64,000 nt of DNA from Octopus sinensis (Eukaryota). Below are positions 1-12,392 of the stretch, in pieces; position 1 is the first letter of the stretch; each line of letters opens with the position of its first letter. The stretch covers positions 1-64,000 of the forward strand of contig NW_021833877.1 in the NCBI RefSeq assembly GCF_006345805.1, given 5' to 3'. The notes under the pieces were generated by a model that worked only from the letters and a program-made list of their open reading frames with translations, did no database searches and was not told the origin of the DNA. The position numbers and the translations under genes are program-made.

Positions 1-14
1 TTAGACGTGATGTG

Positions 15-395
15 GAGGTGCAATGGCCCAGTGGTTAGAGCAGCGGAATCGCGGTCGTAGGATCGTGATTTCGATTCCTACACCGGGCGTTGTGAGTGTT
101 TATTAAGTGCAAACACCTAAAAGCTCCACGATCTCCGGCAGGGGAGGGTGTGGCGAACCCTGCTGTACTCTTTCACCGCAACTTTCTCTCACTCTTCCTT
201 CCTGTTTCTCTTGTACCTGTATTCCAAAGGGGTCAGTCTTGTCACACTCTGTGTCACGCTGAATCTCCCCGAGAACTACGTTAAGGGTACACGTGTCTGT
301 GGAGTGCTCGGCCACTTGCACGTTAATTTCATGAGCAGGCTGTTCCGTTGATCGGATCAGCTGGAACCCTCGTCGTCACAACCAACGGAATGCCA
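15..395 (+). mobile_element. tRNA-derived SINE (family distinct from the dominant one)
   Basis: A-box TGGCCCAGTGG (24-34) and B-box-like TTCGATTCC (~70-78), followed by a non-tRNA body. A related head lies on the - strand at ~39540-39680. Confidence 0.75.
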
Positions 396-616
396 CGATT
401 GGACATGGCATCCTCAGATATAACGTCAGCAAACTTTTTGTGTGAATCAAGTACCTACTAAACTTAATTATTTCATTATTATCTCTAATATTCCATCTAT
501 TTTTTAACAATATTTTCAAACTCTTTTTTTTATATTTCATTATACACCCTGATACTATCTTTTCATGCGTAGGAAATAAAAAAAAAACGTATATATATTC
601 TTCAGCAGCTTATGAA

Positions 617-1601
617 GTTGGAAAAGGTTTTTCTGGGGTTTTTTTTTTATCTCCTTTGTCAAAATGGAAGGGTTAGTGCCCAAGGCCTTTTGTAGGCCTG
701 CTGTAGGGGAAGAAAGGAAATTAATAGCCCTAATTTATAGGCCTGTCAGGAATGTCAGCAGCTGAGAGGACCCTATTAAAATCATCCAAACACGAGCTGG
801 TACGTTAAACGCAGCGATGTTGTAAGTCTATCACCTGAGTAGAACAAGATGTGAGTTGAACTCAGAACGCAAACTGCCGGGGAAAATACCACAAGCCATT
901 CAGTACAATACACTGATCTTCCCACCAATCTATTCACGTATCCCGGGACTTTATTTTCCGGCCCCTGAAGGTTAAAAAGAAAAAAAGACCTCAGCAGGAA
1001 TTGAACTCGGAATTCAACGATCCGGAATGGATACAGCAAAGCATTTCACCCGACGATCTAACGACAGTGCCGTTTCCCTCTTCGTAAGAGTACGGAGCAA
1101 TGACACATGACACGTTATTTTTACGCGGTCCGCCATTCGGATCTTGAAATTAACTCAATTCCTATGAGAAGATTACGAGTGTGTTCGCCATTGCTTTTCT
1201 GTAATGTCAGAGGAGCAGGCAAGATTTTAGTGTATAATTAATGGTTATTCTTCTCTCTCTAAAATTCCGTACCTAGCCGCAAAATAAAATCCCTGTCAAC
1301 GAGAGTGGACTGGTTGGACGCTCAGGGTATTGTACTGAATGGCTTGTAGTATTTACTCCGGATTTTTGCGTTCTCCGTTCAATTCCCATCTTGTTCTACA
1401 TTGGTGATAGACTTACAACATTGCTGCGTTTCGGTGATTTTAACAGAGTTTAACTCAGCTGCAGGCATTCCTGACAAGCCTTTAATTTAGGGCTAATTAA
1501 TTTCCTTTCTTCCTCACTACAGGCTTTACGGTCCTGTAAAAGGCCTTGGGCTCTAACCCTCCATTTTGACAAAGGAAATTTTTTAAAATACCTTTTCCAA
1601 C
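617..1601. repeat. Inverted repeat pair, arms 617-766 and 1454-1601
   Basis: The left arm gttggaaaagg...ctttgtcaaaatggaagggttagtgcccaaggcctttt...gtcaggaatgtcagcagctgag matches the reverse complement of 1454-1601, with scattered mismatches and indels. Confidence 0.85.
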
Positions 1602-1621
1602 GAGTATATATATATATATAT

Positions 1622-2625
1622 TGCATCAGATACATTTCAACACGCATAGATAAAGAATTTATCATTTATGGGCTGAGATTCATACTTGAAAAGAACTATT
1701 TTACTTTCAACAGTTCGGATTACTGCCACACGTCAGGAACCATGATGGGTACGCAAGTAGCCCCCACATACGCCAACTTAGTCGTGGGATTCAACGAACA
1801 AAAGATCTACAATCAATCTCTTCTATATTCGGTGACACGTTTCATACACAACTCAGAAGCAACTGGAAAAGATACCTAGATGATTGCTTTATCTTACGGC
1901 GGGAAATCATTGACAATCTAACTGAATTTTTTAAAAAGTCAAACAACTTCAGCAATAGCATCGAATTCACAATGGAGTTCAATCCTAAAGAACTCGCTTT
2001 TCTGGATATCCTAATCACCAACAAAGATAGGGAAAAAGAAGCGGACATACTCTACAAACCCACTGACTCCAAACAGCACCGTCTTTTTTACATCATGTCA
2101 CCCGACACACATCAAATTCAACATTCCCTTCAACCTGGCAAAACGAATTTGTACCATAGTATCAGAACCATCCAAACGTGAACAAAGACAAGAAGAACTG
2201 AAGGACACACTTATCCAAAAAGCCTTCGCTCCTGGCATAATCACCAACAGAATAAACAAGGCAAAACAAATGGATGTCAATGAACTTAGGAAAACAAAAA
2301 ACAAAAGAAGGGAAAATGTTTTACCATTCGTGTCAACCTTCAATCCCAGAAACACCGAAATATTTGATCATATCCACAAAAACCTCCCCATTTTATTTGC
2401 AGATGAAAAAATGAGAAAAATCTTAGAAAAACCACAAATGATCAAAAGCAAAGGGCAGTCCAAAACACTAAAACTCATTCTCACTGGAGCAAAAAACGCA
2501 CAAAGAAACCCCCAACCCAACTGTCACAAATGCGGAAGAACAAACGATATCACTTGCCGTTAACTAATTGAGGGACCAGCATTTAAATTCGAAGACGGCC
2601 AAATCTTCATAGTTGAATCCAAATA
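1622..2625 (+). mobile_element. Decayed Penelope-like retroelement: RT core, thumb region and start of the nuclease region
   Basis: Frameshifted translation gives EKNYFTFNSSDYCHTSGTMMGTQVAPTYANLVVG, WKRYLDDCF, LAFLDILI...YKPTDS and LPFVSTFNP...CHKCG, which are typical PLE reverse transcriptase motifs. Confidence 0.85.
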
Positions 2626-2630
2626 CATAT

Positions 2631-2691
<61 letters not shown>

Positions 2692-2738
2692 ATATGTGTG
2701 TGTGTGTGTGTGTGTATGTATATATATATATATATATC

Positions 2739-2769
<31 letters not shown>

Positions 2770-2874
2770 TATACTATATGTATATAATATGTATATATAT
2801 ATATGTATATATAAATATATATATATATAATATATATATATATATATGTATCTATAGTATATATTATGTATGTA

Positions 2875-2906
<32 letters not shown>

Positions 2907-2921
2907 TGTGTGTGTGTGTGT

Positions 2922-2993
<72 letters not shown>

Positions 2994-2994
2994 C

Positions 2995-3042
<48 letters not shown>

Positions 3043-3139
3043 TGATAGATAGGCGGATGCATGGATAGTTCGGGCCTCCACACAGTTTTCGTCAGCCGAA
3101 TGCCAATCACATAGTAATGATCAACCGTAACCTTTGAAA

Positions 3140-3175
<36 letters not shown>

Positions 3176-3772
3176 GAGAGACTTGGCTAATGTTATGTGC
3201 AATGGCATTGAACACTGACCCACCTGGTTACAAAGGAATCTTCTCTGCGTATCACCAAACAGCCTTAACCGTAATCCGTTTTACGTATATATAAATATAC
3301 ATGGCGGTGGAGTTGTAACAGTCTATACGGCTGACGCTGTCCGATATTAATTATGTATTTCCCAACCGGCATTTGACGTAATGTAGTTTACTCGTATGCA
3401 AATATGTTTGGTTTTGGCTATGGAAGTCGAATCAGTCTCACATTGTTTGCGTAACGGAATGTCTGTGTAAGTACGCTCTTCAAATCTCGTGTGTTTGTAG
3501 TTTCTGCATGCGTAATTGTAATCGTCGACAGACTCACACACACACGCAGCTGATTGGTGACGGCGAGTTTACTTGGAGATAAGAAAAGAATTAGGATTGG
3601 TTAACAGTTTCGCCTTGCAGCTTTTGTGATGTAACCGGAGTTAAATTGACATAATTGAGAACTGGAACGTCGTTGCGAAACTCGACTCACTGGAGGCCTT
3701 ACTACCACATGCAGACATACATACATACATATACATATATATATGTGTGTGTAAAGATATTGTTATTAATAA

Positions 3773-3828
<56 letters not shown>

Positions 3829-4086
3829 TAAATAATATATATATAAATATATATACATGCATATATGGGTACAGGACGTCACCATATGTGCAAATAGCAT
3901 GAAATACGCAAACAAACGAGTTAAATACGTAAACAACGAGAAAAAATGGACAACAGAACAAATAAACACAGAGAAAGGGCCCTTCATCAGTTGTCGGCTG
4001 TCTGTCTACTCCTCATTTCGAGCATTCAACGAATATATATATATATAATTATCTATTATATATATATATATATAATATATACATAT

Positions 4087-4166
<80 letters not shown>

Positions 4167-4228
4167 ATGTATGTATGTATTTATATATATGTATATAATA
4201 TAAATACAAAATATATAGATATATATAT

Positions 4229-4620
4229 ACGAGCAAAACGCCCCCATCCAATGGACGGTGCTGATTTGTCAACCATTTAAACCAAATTTTCTCAAAACAA
4301 CTTGTCTGACCATCCCATAGGCCTCCCCTTTGAGAAACAGTGATTTAACCTAAATTTGAGACACCGTGCATTTTTTTTCGCGTACGCGTAGTATCGATCG
4401 CAATAGCCGATGTACTTGCGCCTACAAATGCACGTTCCCTCGGCTTTATCGATCACATTCTCAGCTGGAATCGATTTTTGTAAGTTTTTCAAGACTTATA
4501 CACGCTCTGATACCGTCGGTATCTACATATCAAATTTGAGCGCAATCGGATGGAGGATGCCCGAGATCCTAGAAGACACACACAGAGACAGACAGAACGG
4601 ATTTTATATAATATATAAAG
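4229..4620 (+). mobile_element. Non-autonomous rolling-circle-like (Helitron/Helentron-type) element
   Basis: Ends in caaatttgagcgcaatcggatg...acagacagaacggattttatata, resembling the acag-microsatellite 3' ends of non-autonomous Helitron-type families. It sits next to a TA array. Class assigned by resemblance only. Confidence 0.4.
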
Positions 4621-4835
4621 GGCAAAAGAAAAAAATTCTGTACCAATATGCTGAGAAATAGACTTTAAATCGTCAATCACCACATACAATATACATCTCA
4701 ATATACACGTGTGCTGAGACTCGTTACGGAATTTTATATTTAGATATATCTGGGATACTTATGTGTAATCATGACATTTGCTTCTCTTTTTTTTCCTTGG
4801 TTGCTTGTAAGTATTTCATTTATTTCTTATCGTAT

Positions 4836-4894
4836 TCTCTGCTGATGAGGGGAAAATCCGTTGGATTAATCCCGAAATTGATTCAATATAGAGA
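4836..4894 (+). ncRNA. Type I hammerhead ribozyme motif
   Basis: Stem I tctctg (4836-41)/tagaga (4889-94). Core CUGAUGA 4842-48. Stem II gggg/tccc extended by aatcc/ggatt. GAAA 4874-77. Stem III attg/caat with a 3-nt loop. NUH triplet AUA 4886-88. Confidence 0.75.
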
Positions 4895-5173
4895 TAACAT
4901 ATTTAATAAAAAAATTCCATTAGCTTGCTTTCCTCGATTTCAGTGAAACGTGTATTCATAGAGATGTATATTGTAGGTGGGATTTGCACTCCGACCTCGT
5001 AAACCCTTGCCAGCAACGACTACCCAAAACAGACCCCCACCCATGAGTTGGAGGGTTGTCACCTGTGTGGTACAAAGGTGTTATCCACCATGAATAGAGA
5101 ACCGCCGATAAATGGTGATTGCAGCGACGCACTGTTACAGCGCAATCCCCCATACCACTACTACAACTACTAT

Positions 5174-5218
<45 letters not shown>

Positions 5219-5430
5219 CATCGCCACTACTACTACCACTACCGCCATTACTACTACTATTAATACTACCACCACCACTACTACTACTACCAACACTAAC
5301 TACTATACTACTACTACCACTACTACTACCACCACCACCACTACTATCACTACCGCCACTACTACTACTATTAATACTATCACCACCACCACTACTTCTA
5401 CTACCACCACTATTACTACTACCACTACCG

Positions 5431-5473
<43 letters not shown>

Positions 5474-5581
5474 AATATAGTATAATAATCATGTAGAATG
5501 TCATACATATTACCTACAGTGCTACCCGGAGTGACTTTGAAAACTCACTTGGGCAATATCAGAAAATACGGTGTACATACC

Positions 5582-5616
<35 letters not shown>

Positions 5617-6218
5617 TTATCTTTTATGAAATTTGCCATTCTCTTTGCCTTGTTTTTCTTTCCCTTGTTCTCCTCTTCGTTTCCTTTTCTTGTTTATTTC
5701 TTCCATTTTCTAATGTAATTTTGCAATTACATAAAAACCATTAATTCAAAGAAAAATCTTTATATATACGTTTGAATGGCGATCGTTTCCATTGATAATT
5801 TGGTCTAAGCATTGTAAACAGGATCGCCTTGTTTAGAGATGTTATAAAAACTCGTTAGATTTGTTTTTATTGTTAATAAAACACTAATTCAATTTAAATG
5901 AATAGAGAGAAAAAGAAGTGAAAAAGTATAAAATGTTTACCGTGTTAGATTTTTTTTCCTGCTCTTTCGTTTTAGTATTCGACGTTTGAAATGTCTTACA
6001 TGCGTCTATCACAATCGTATCGGCTGCACTTAAAATCACGTGACACTTCCTCTCATTCCTTCTGCCGTCTGCTACACCTAACTGTTACTCTAACCGCATA
6101 GAAATACTCTGGAACTTGTCAGCAAAATTCTAAACACGGTGTTTTCTTACTTGGAAAATATATTATAAAAGGGTAATTAGGTCAGTTTAATTAATCTTAG
6201 TAATCATGGATAGTATTT

Positions 6219-6637
6219 GTTATTTCTTTACGACCCACAAGGGGCTAAACACAGAGGGGACAAATAAGGACAGACAAATGGATTAAGTCGATTACATCGA
6301 CTCCAGTGCGTAACTGGTACTTAATTTATCGACCCCGAAAGGATGAAAGGCAAAGTTGACCTCGGCGGAATTTGAACTCAGAACGTAACGGCAGACGAAA
6401 TACCTTTTTGTTTACTACCCACAAGGGGCTAAACACAGAGGGGACAAACAAGGACAGACAAACGGATTAAGTCGATTATATCGACCCCAGTGCGTAACTG
6501 GTACTTAATTTATCGATCCCGAAAGGATGAAAGGCAAAGTCGACCTCGGCGGAGTTTGAACTCAGAACGTAACGGCAGACGAAATACCGCTAAGCATTTC
6601 GCCCAGCGTGCTAACGTTTCTGCCAGCTCGCCGCCTT
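6219..6637 (-). mobile_element. Dominant tRNA-derived SINE with internally duplicated body
   Basis: Head ggcggcgagctggcagaa, B-box gagttcaaa(c/t)tcc, core gcctttcatcctttcggggtcgataaattaagtaccag and tail gtaaagaaata. Flanked by a 14-nt TSD catgg(a/g)tagtattt (6205-18 and 6638-51). Confidence 0.9.
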
Positions 6638-6702
6638 CATGGGTAGTATTTACACGCTTGTCATGTAGTCAAGAAATTTTTTTAAAAAATGAATGTAAAT
6701 TG

Positions 6703-7133
6703 ACCGGAAGTGACGAAAGTAACATCCCGTAATTTCATAAAGAGTAAAGAGGATATACAGAGAACTGGTGAAACCCACCGAATTTTATTAACAAAAATTC
6801 CTCATTATGGAGCTTTGCTGTACTTCCGTGACTGTTATGTCTTCCCATAAATATGATTGTCTTCATCTTAAAAGAGTGTGTGTCTCTGTGTGTGTATGTG
6901 TGTATACGAGGGGTGTATAAAAAGTCTTGAGCCTCAAAAAAACAAAACATAGTATAAGACTTCAGACGAAGGTACAAGACTTCAAGGCCTTGAAGGTTCA
7001 AAACTTTTCATACACCCCTCATATGTGTTTGCGCGGTTTTCCAGTTGTATAAAATATATGGACGTTCGATTCATTGGTTAAATTACAAATTGTTTACATA
7101 AAATTATCGGATTTCACTTTCATCACTTCCGGT
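6703..7133. mobile_element. MITE-like element with ~33-bp imperfect terminal inverted repeats
   Basis: Left end accggaagtgacgaaagtaacatcccgtaattt versus reverse complement of the right end accggaagtgatgaaagtgaaatccgataattt. No clear TSD. Confidence 0.55.
6907..7021. mobile_element. Tc1/mariner-derived MITE nested in the larger TIR element
   Basis: TA|cgaggggtgtataaaaagt ... acttttcatacacccctca|TA. Mariner-like TIRs with a TA target duplication. Confidence 0.8.
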
Positions 7134-7428
7134 GAAGTTCGTTTCATTATTTTGAACTGCTAAACTGTATGTTAACTGATACCATGAGTTTACTGTCAGA
7201 TATACTCATTAGATTATTTTTGTATTATATGAAATAGAATACCCACATATCGATTAATCCCCAAGATTTGAATATTGACTTTTATCAGATAATTTGTATA
7301 GAAATAAATAAATATACGATAAATAAGACCCCAAAGTACTATGTGTAGATGCATATAACTATTATTATATAATAGTTAAGAACACGGGTTACTAACCCCA
7401 AGATTCCGAGTTTGAGTCCAGGCAGTGA

Positions 7429-7521
<93 letters not shown>

Positions 7522-7523
<2 letters not shown>

Positions 7524-7680
7524 TAGAAAATTACCTTAGGAATGGGAACCCAGGTTCGAAATTTCCTCAAGACACCTGAAGGCTGGAGAGTATATCAGCC
7601 GAAACGTTGTGTTAACAACAAACAAGATGAGGACAAATATCCGTCAAATGTAAACAATGTAAATAATGTAAATAAAAGAA
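7522..7680 (+). mobile_element. Penelope-like terminal repeat fragment with a degenerate minimal hammerhead (7571-7613)
   Basis: Stem I gacac/gtgtt, stem II ggctg/cagcc and GAAACGTT are present, but the core reads CUGAA instead of CUGANGA. Confidence 0.55.
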
Positions 7681-7686
7681 AGTGCA

Positions 7687-7731
<45 letters not shown>

Positions 7732-8486
7732 GTGTGTATGTGTGTGTGGTGTGTGTGGTGTGTGTGTGAAATCATCCGTCTGTTTATTTGCTTCCTAGCA
7801 ACGAACCGCAACGAAACCCAAACTTTACAACACATAACCCAAAAGGCACAACTCAGACCATACGACCGAACAATCCAGTCCGTAAATACGTAACGCGAAG
7901 CCAACGCCAAACTGAGCAAACCGAAACCCAAACCAAACACCATACAGGTACCCGATTCACCTAACGTACACTTAACTCCGAAAGGGTGATCTGTATTAGA
8001 ATGGCGACAACCCACCTCCTAAATGTTAGCATCTACACATCTCCAAATCATCCTCAACAATACATCTTATATATTAGCAACAACCCAACTCCCTCACGTT
8101 AGCAACAACTCATATCCAATGCATTAGCAACGACCCAGCTATATCTATCAACACAGAAAACCAAAATCAATAGAAACAGATTAGGTTCAATTATTCCCAC
8201 CCATTTCCTACGATGTCTGTATTCTCTTCATTTAACTCTGTTGCTGCCAATTCCAGCGTAAAACTTCTCTTTATCTACACAAATTCCCCGCTTCTCTACG
8301 GCTGATATCATAAAGGGACATTTGATTTAAGATATCAGAATGTCGCCGTCTAACCCGGCTTCCCAATTAGACTCACACATGCACACACACACACACACAC
8401 ACACACGTGTATTTTACATTCTTACATATATACACACAGTCACATATACACACACACAAACACACACACATATATATATACGGATA

Positions 8487-8523
<37 letters not shown>

Positions 8524-9344
8524 TATATATATATATATATATATATATACTTATAGTTATAAAAATAGATACATATATATATATATATATACATACGTAT
8601 ACACATACACACGTTCATCTTACATTCTTACATATATACACACAGACGCAGACACACACACATATATGATATATGTATATCTATATCTACATCTCTCTCT
8701 CTCTCTCTCTATTATATATAATATATATATATATATATTATATATATATACATATATATATATATACCTATAGATTATATATAGATATATAGATATATAT
8801 ACCTATAGATATATAAATAGATATAGATATATATACCTATAGATATATAAATAGATACATACACATACATACATATACATACATACATATATACATATGT
8901 ATATATATATACACACAAACATATATATATAAATACACATACGTGCTCACATATATATATATACATATGCATACAAGCGTGCAAACATACATGACATACG
9001 TACATAGACACACATATATATTCGTTTACACTGAGGCACACACATGACATTTAATCGATCTGTTTGTATATTGAAATGAAAACTCGAATCACATTGGCTT
9101 GAAATTCGAATCAAATTCAATACGGAATTCTGAGAGAACGAACCGAGTACTGAAGGGAAAGGGTGTTACTTTAGACATTTTTGTATAAGTACTAATGTGT
9201 ATTTAAGGAGATCGTGTCGCACTCACATTAGGTGAAACACGCTGACTGACAGGTGACGGTCGTTTAGAAAAAGCGCGCGCTAAAACTACGCGCCTTCACT
9301 AGTCAGTTAAGGTGAGACAGTGTCATGTGACAACTTGCTGGAGC

Positions 9345-9620
9345 TGCCTACTGGAGCCTATGCGGCAGGTATTTAAAGGGAAAAATTTTGACAAGACAGT
9401 CAGTCACCGGCTGACACTCGCTGACGATACATCGAATAGGCCAGGGAACAGAAGAAAGAAGAAAGAAGACATGCACCCAACACCAGAGCTGAACACACCT
9501 CCGAAAGGGGGGACCCCGCCACGTCAAAACGGTAGAGGAGTAGGGGCCGAAACTGGACGTAGTTCCTCCTGATGATGTCTTGAGCTAACTGGATCCAATA
9601 AAGGAGCTGTTGTGGTAGCA
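9345..9620 (+). repeat. Interspersed repeat (LTR- or pLTR-like); inverted homolog at ~33460-33730
   Basis: Blocks ggtagaggagtaggggccgaaa, ctgatgatgtctt, ggatcc(a/t)ataaaggagctgttg and tatttaaaggg are shared with the reverse complement of 33460-33730. Confidence 0.7.
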
Positions 9621-10587
9621 GACCACGAAACACGGTTGTAATACCCCAGGCACGTCCACCGGGGAATACATTAGACGATGTCGTATACTATAGGCTAGCA
9701 TTGACAAATACGTTGTGCGTGGAATTTGCTAGAATGTAAACCTCTATATTCTTTTCTACTCTAGGTACAAGGCCCGAAATTTTGGGAGAGGGGGCAAGTG
9801 GTACTTAATCTATTAACCCCGAAAGGATGAAAGGCAAAGTCGACCTCGACGGAATTTGAACTCAGAACGTAAAAACCTCTGTATTGCTTTCGGTTTTGTT
9901 TGTATAGTGACTATTAAGGGACTCGTGCAGTGTCCAACCATTTCAGACCTGTGGGCTTGTGCCGAACGGCTGCTGTCACGTGTGGGACGAGTCCGCCTGC
10001 CGGCCGAGTCTATCGTGATAATTGCAAGGCAAGGCAGTTTTCATCGTACTGGTGGCCATGGTGAAAGAATGTGTGTGGTGGACTCGAGCGAAAGGATTAG
10101 AGACAAACACTTACCTCTCTGGCCAATCGCTCATCAACTTTTTCAAGTACCATTGAAAAGAAAGGTGAGAATGGAGAGGCAGGTTTTGTCTCGTGAAAGT
10201 TTCAAAAAAAAGGTGGGTGAATGTATCAAAGATGGTGTGTGCGAGTGACGAAACCACTTTGAGCATGATCCTGTAAATCGTAAAAGAGAGAGAGAGAACA
10301 CTTTGCTTTCATATGTTTATTTCCTCCCTGTCTGAGGTTACCGTGGTCTTTTCCGTAGGCTTTTCTTCCCACGGATGAACCTAATCTTGTTTCTTACTTT
10401 AAAAAAAAAATTGTTTCTGTGATACATGATCCCTTTTGATCGCCTTTTTACCCCCGATCCCTTTTCATCGGAATTTTACATTTGTTTCCTTTTTGGTTCC
10501 TTTTTTCTTTTCCCATCTTCGAAAAGAAAAGCTCTACATTTGCATTTGTCCCCTCTGTATTCAGCCCCGTGTGGCCAATAAAGAAAG

Positions 10588-10671
<84 letters not shown>

Positions 10672-10672
10672 A

Positions 10673-10726
<54 letters not shown>

Positions 10727-10899
10727 ACTACATATCAGCAAGGAAAGTCCAAATATATAGCTTACTCTTAAATTTGGGTTTTATCGTAAATCCCTTCACA
10801 CAAAGTACGAGATCAAATGCACAGAGTACGGATAAGCGTGTAAACTTCCGGTGTGGTATGAACCTTACTGCAAAAATTGCCGCATGCTGACCTCACTTT

Positions 10900-11400
10900 A
10901 GTGGGAAGCTCTCCCTAGGCTATAATTTATGAAGAAAAATTTATTTAACTTTCAGCATCGAGGGAAGTTTTCTAAACTTCCGTTTGGATGAGTGAATTCA
11001 AAAGATGATTTAATATAAAATACTTCTCAGTAGTTAGCCTATATATACTAGTTTTTATGGTAAATATGTGGTATATTCTGCTCTATAATTTTCCAATTGA
11101 TTTTGAACTTGTCATTCAGCTTCCATATATAGCTGGAAAATGCTGTAACAATTCTCTTCTGGAGTTTTTTCTTTTCCTTTTTCTTTTTTGAGGACTTGTC
11201 ATTATTGAGACAGTGCTTCTTAAATCTTCCATCGTGTCTGTAATACAACTCAGTATTACAAATCTGACTGAGCTGAGCAAAATGCGAAGATGAAAGTGTA
11301 TGTTACTTATAATTATAATATATTATGTTGAGTATGCGGCAATATGGCATATTTTTGTAACTAGACACGATTGGAGAAGATCTACATGACACCAGTGCAC
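10900..11400 (-). mobile_element. Penelope-like GIY-YIG endonuclease 3' remnant
   Basis: The minus-strand ORF includes TAFSSYIWKLNDKFKINWKII, followed by a TTEKYFILNH-like segment. This fits the PLE nuclease C-terminus (T.LS.YIW.L...I.W.I...C.LC..EK..I). Confidence 0.65.
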
Positions 11401-11734
11401 AGTGACTAATTAACTGTCAGAAGACAGGTTAAAAATTGGACTTAACTGAAATCAAAATAAATGGCAATCTTGTATATAAAAGTATCATATCTGTTGCTTG
11501 GTTCGATAATGCTTTAAGAGTGTTTTCATGAGATGGCAACTCGGAGGTTTGCAGAAAAAATAAAGAACATTTTCTCCGATCTAATGAGATCGAAATAGAC
11601 ATATTTGGTGCTGCCAACGTCGGAGACAACAGGGATAAAAATTTTCCCAAGCATGAGAATTAAATTATGCTTGTTTAAAAAAACAAAAACATTAATTCTT
11701 AATTTCTTAAAATTATCTCTCCTTTTCTTCGTAG

Positions 11735-11784
11735 GTCGCTAACAATTCCCGATCGGTTTTAGCTTCCTTTCGCCAACTAAATGG
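11735..11784 (+). CDS. Prop1: Prop-family gene, start-codon exon: 50 nt, mostly 5'UTR, coding part is only ATGG (11781-11784)
   Basis: Pyrimidine tract tctctccttttcttcgtAG (AG 11733-34) and donor GTAATT at 11785. The ATG has A at -3 and G at +4. The phase-1 end joins the phase-1 start of the homeobox exon to give ATG G|GT CAA GAG = [11 protein letters not shown]. No transcript evidence is available. Confidence 0.65.
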
Positions 11785-12325
11785 GTAATTTGAATTCATT
11801 AAAAGTATTTTGTGTACCTCGTTCAGTACATAACATCTCACTGACCTGCATGCTATTGGCTTAGTTAAGTTATTCCCCTTAGCTCGCTATAGTTTAATAT
11901 ATGTACGTATATATAGAGAAATACATACAGAATTAGCTTTGAGATTTGGGCGACATTTCTTTCCAAGATAATCTCATTAAAATGGTTGCCACTGTAATCG
12001 CTGTTGCTTTTAATCCTTGTTGTATGTTACTATCCAGTATATTTTTGTTTAATATTTATCTTTGTCACACAGATTTGCATAAAACTGCATAATTTTACAT
12101 ACGTTATAATTCCACAATGTTACAAAACAACTTTTTCGTTAAGAAATTTTATGAGACCCATTATGTTCAGTTTCAAACAGATATTAAATATATATATATA
12201 TGTTTTTTCAACATATACATGACCATGTGTATGCGCGCGTGTAAGTGTGTATACATGTAATAAAACAGATGGGATAAACGGTACTAAAAATATGAGTATG
12301 TATATATATATAAAACATAATAGCA

Positions 12326-12388
<63 letters not shown>

Positions 12389-12392
<4 letters not shown>

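Noticed and set aside
15-90. Possible tRNA gene
   Set aside because: A and B boxes are present, but there is no clean cloverleaf, and it continues into a SINE body with a relative at ~39540-39680.
10770-10830. Hammerhead-like stem (ggg...ccc) on the minus strand at the end of the PLE remnant
   Set aside because: Both CUGANGA and GAAA are mutated.
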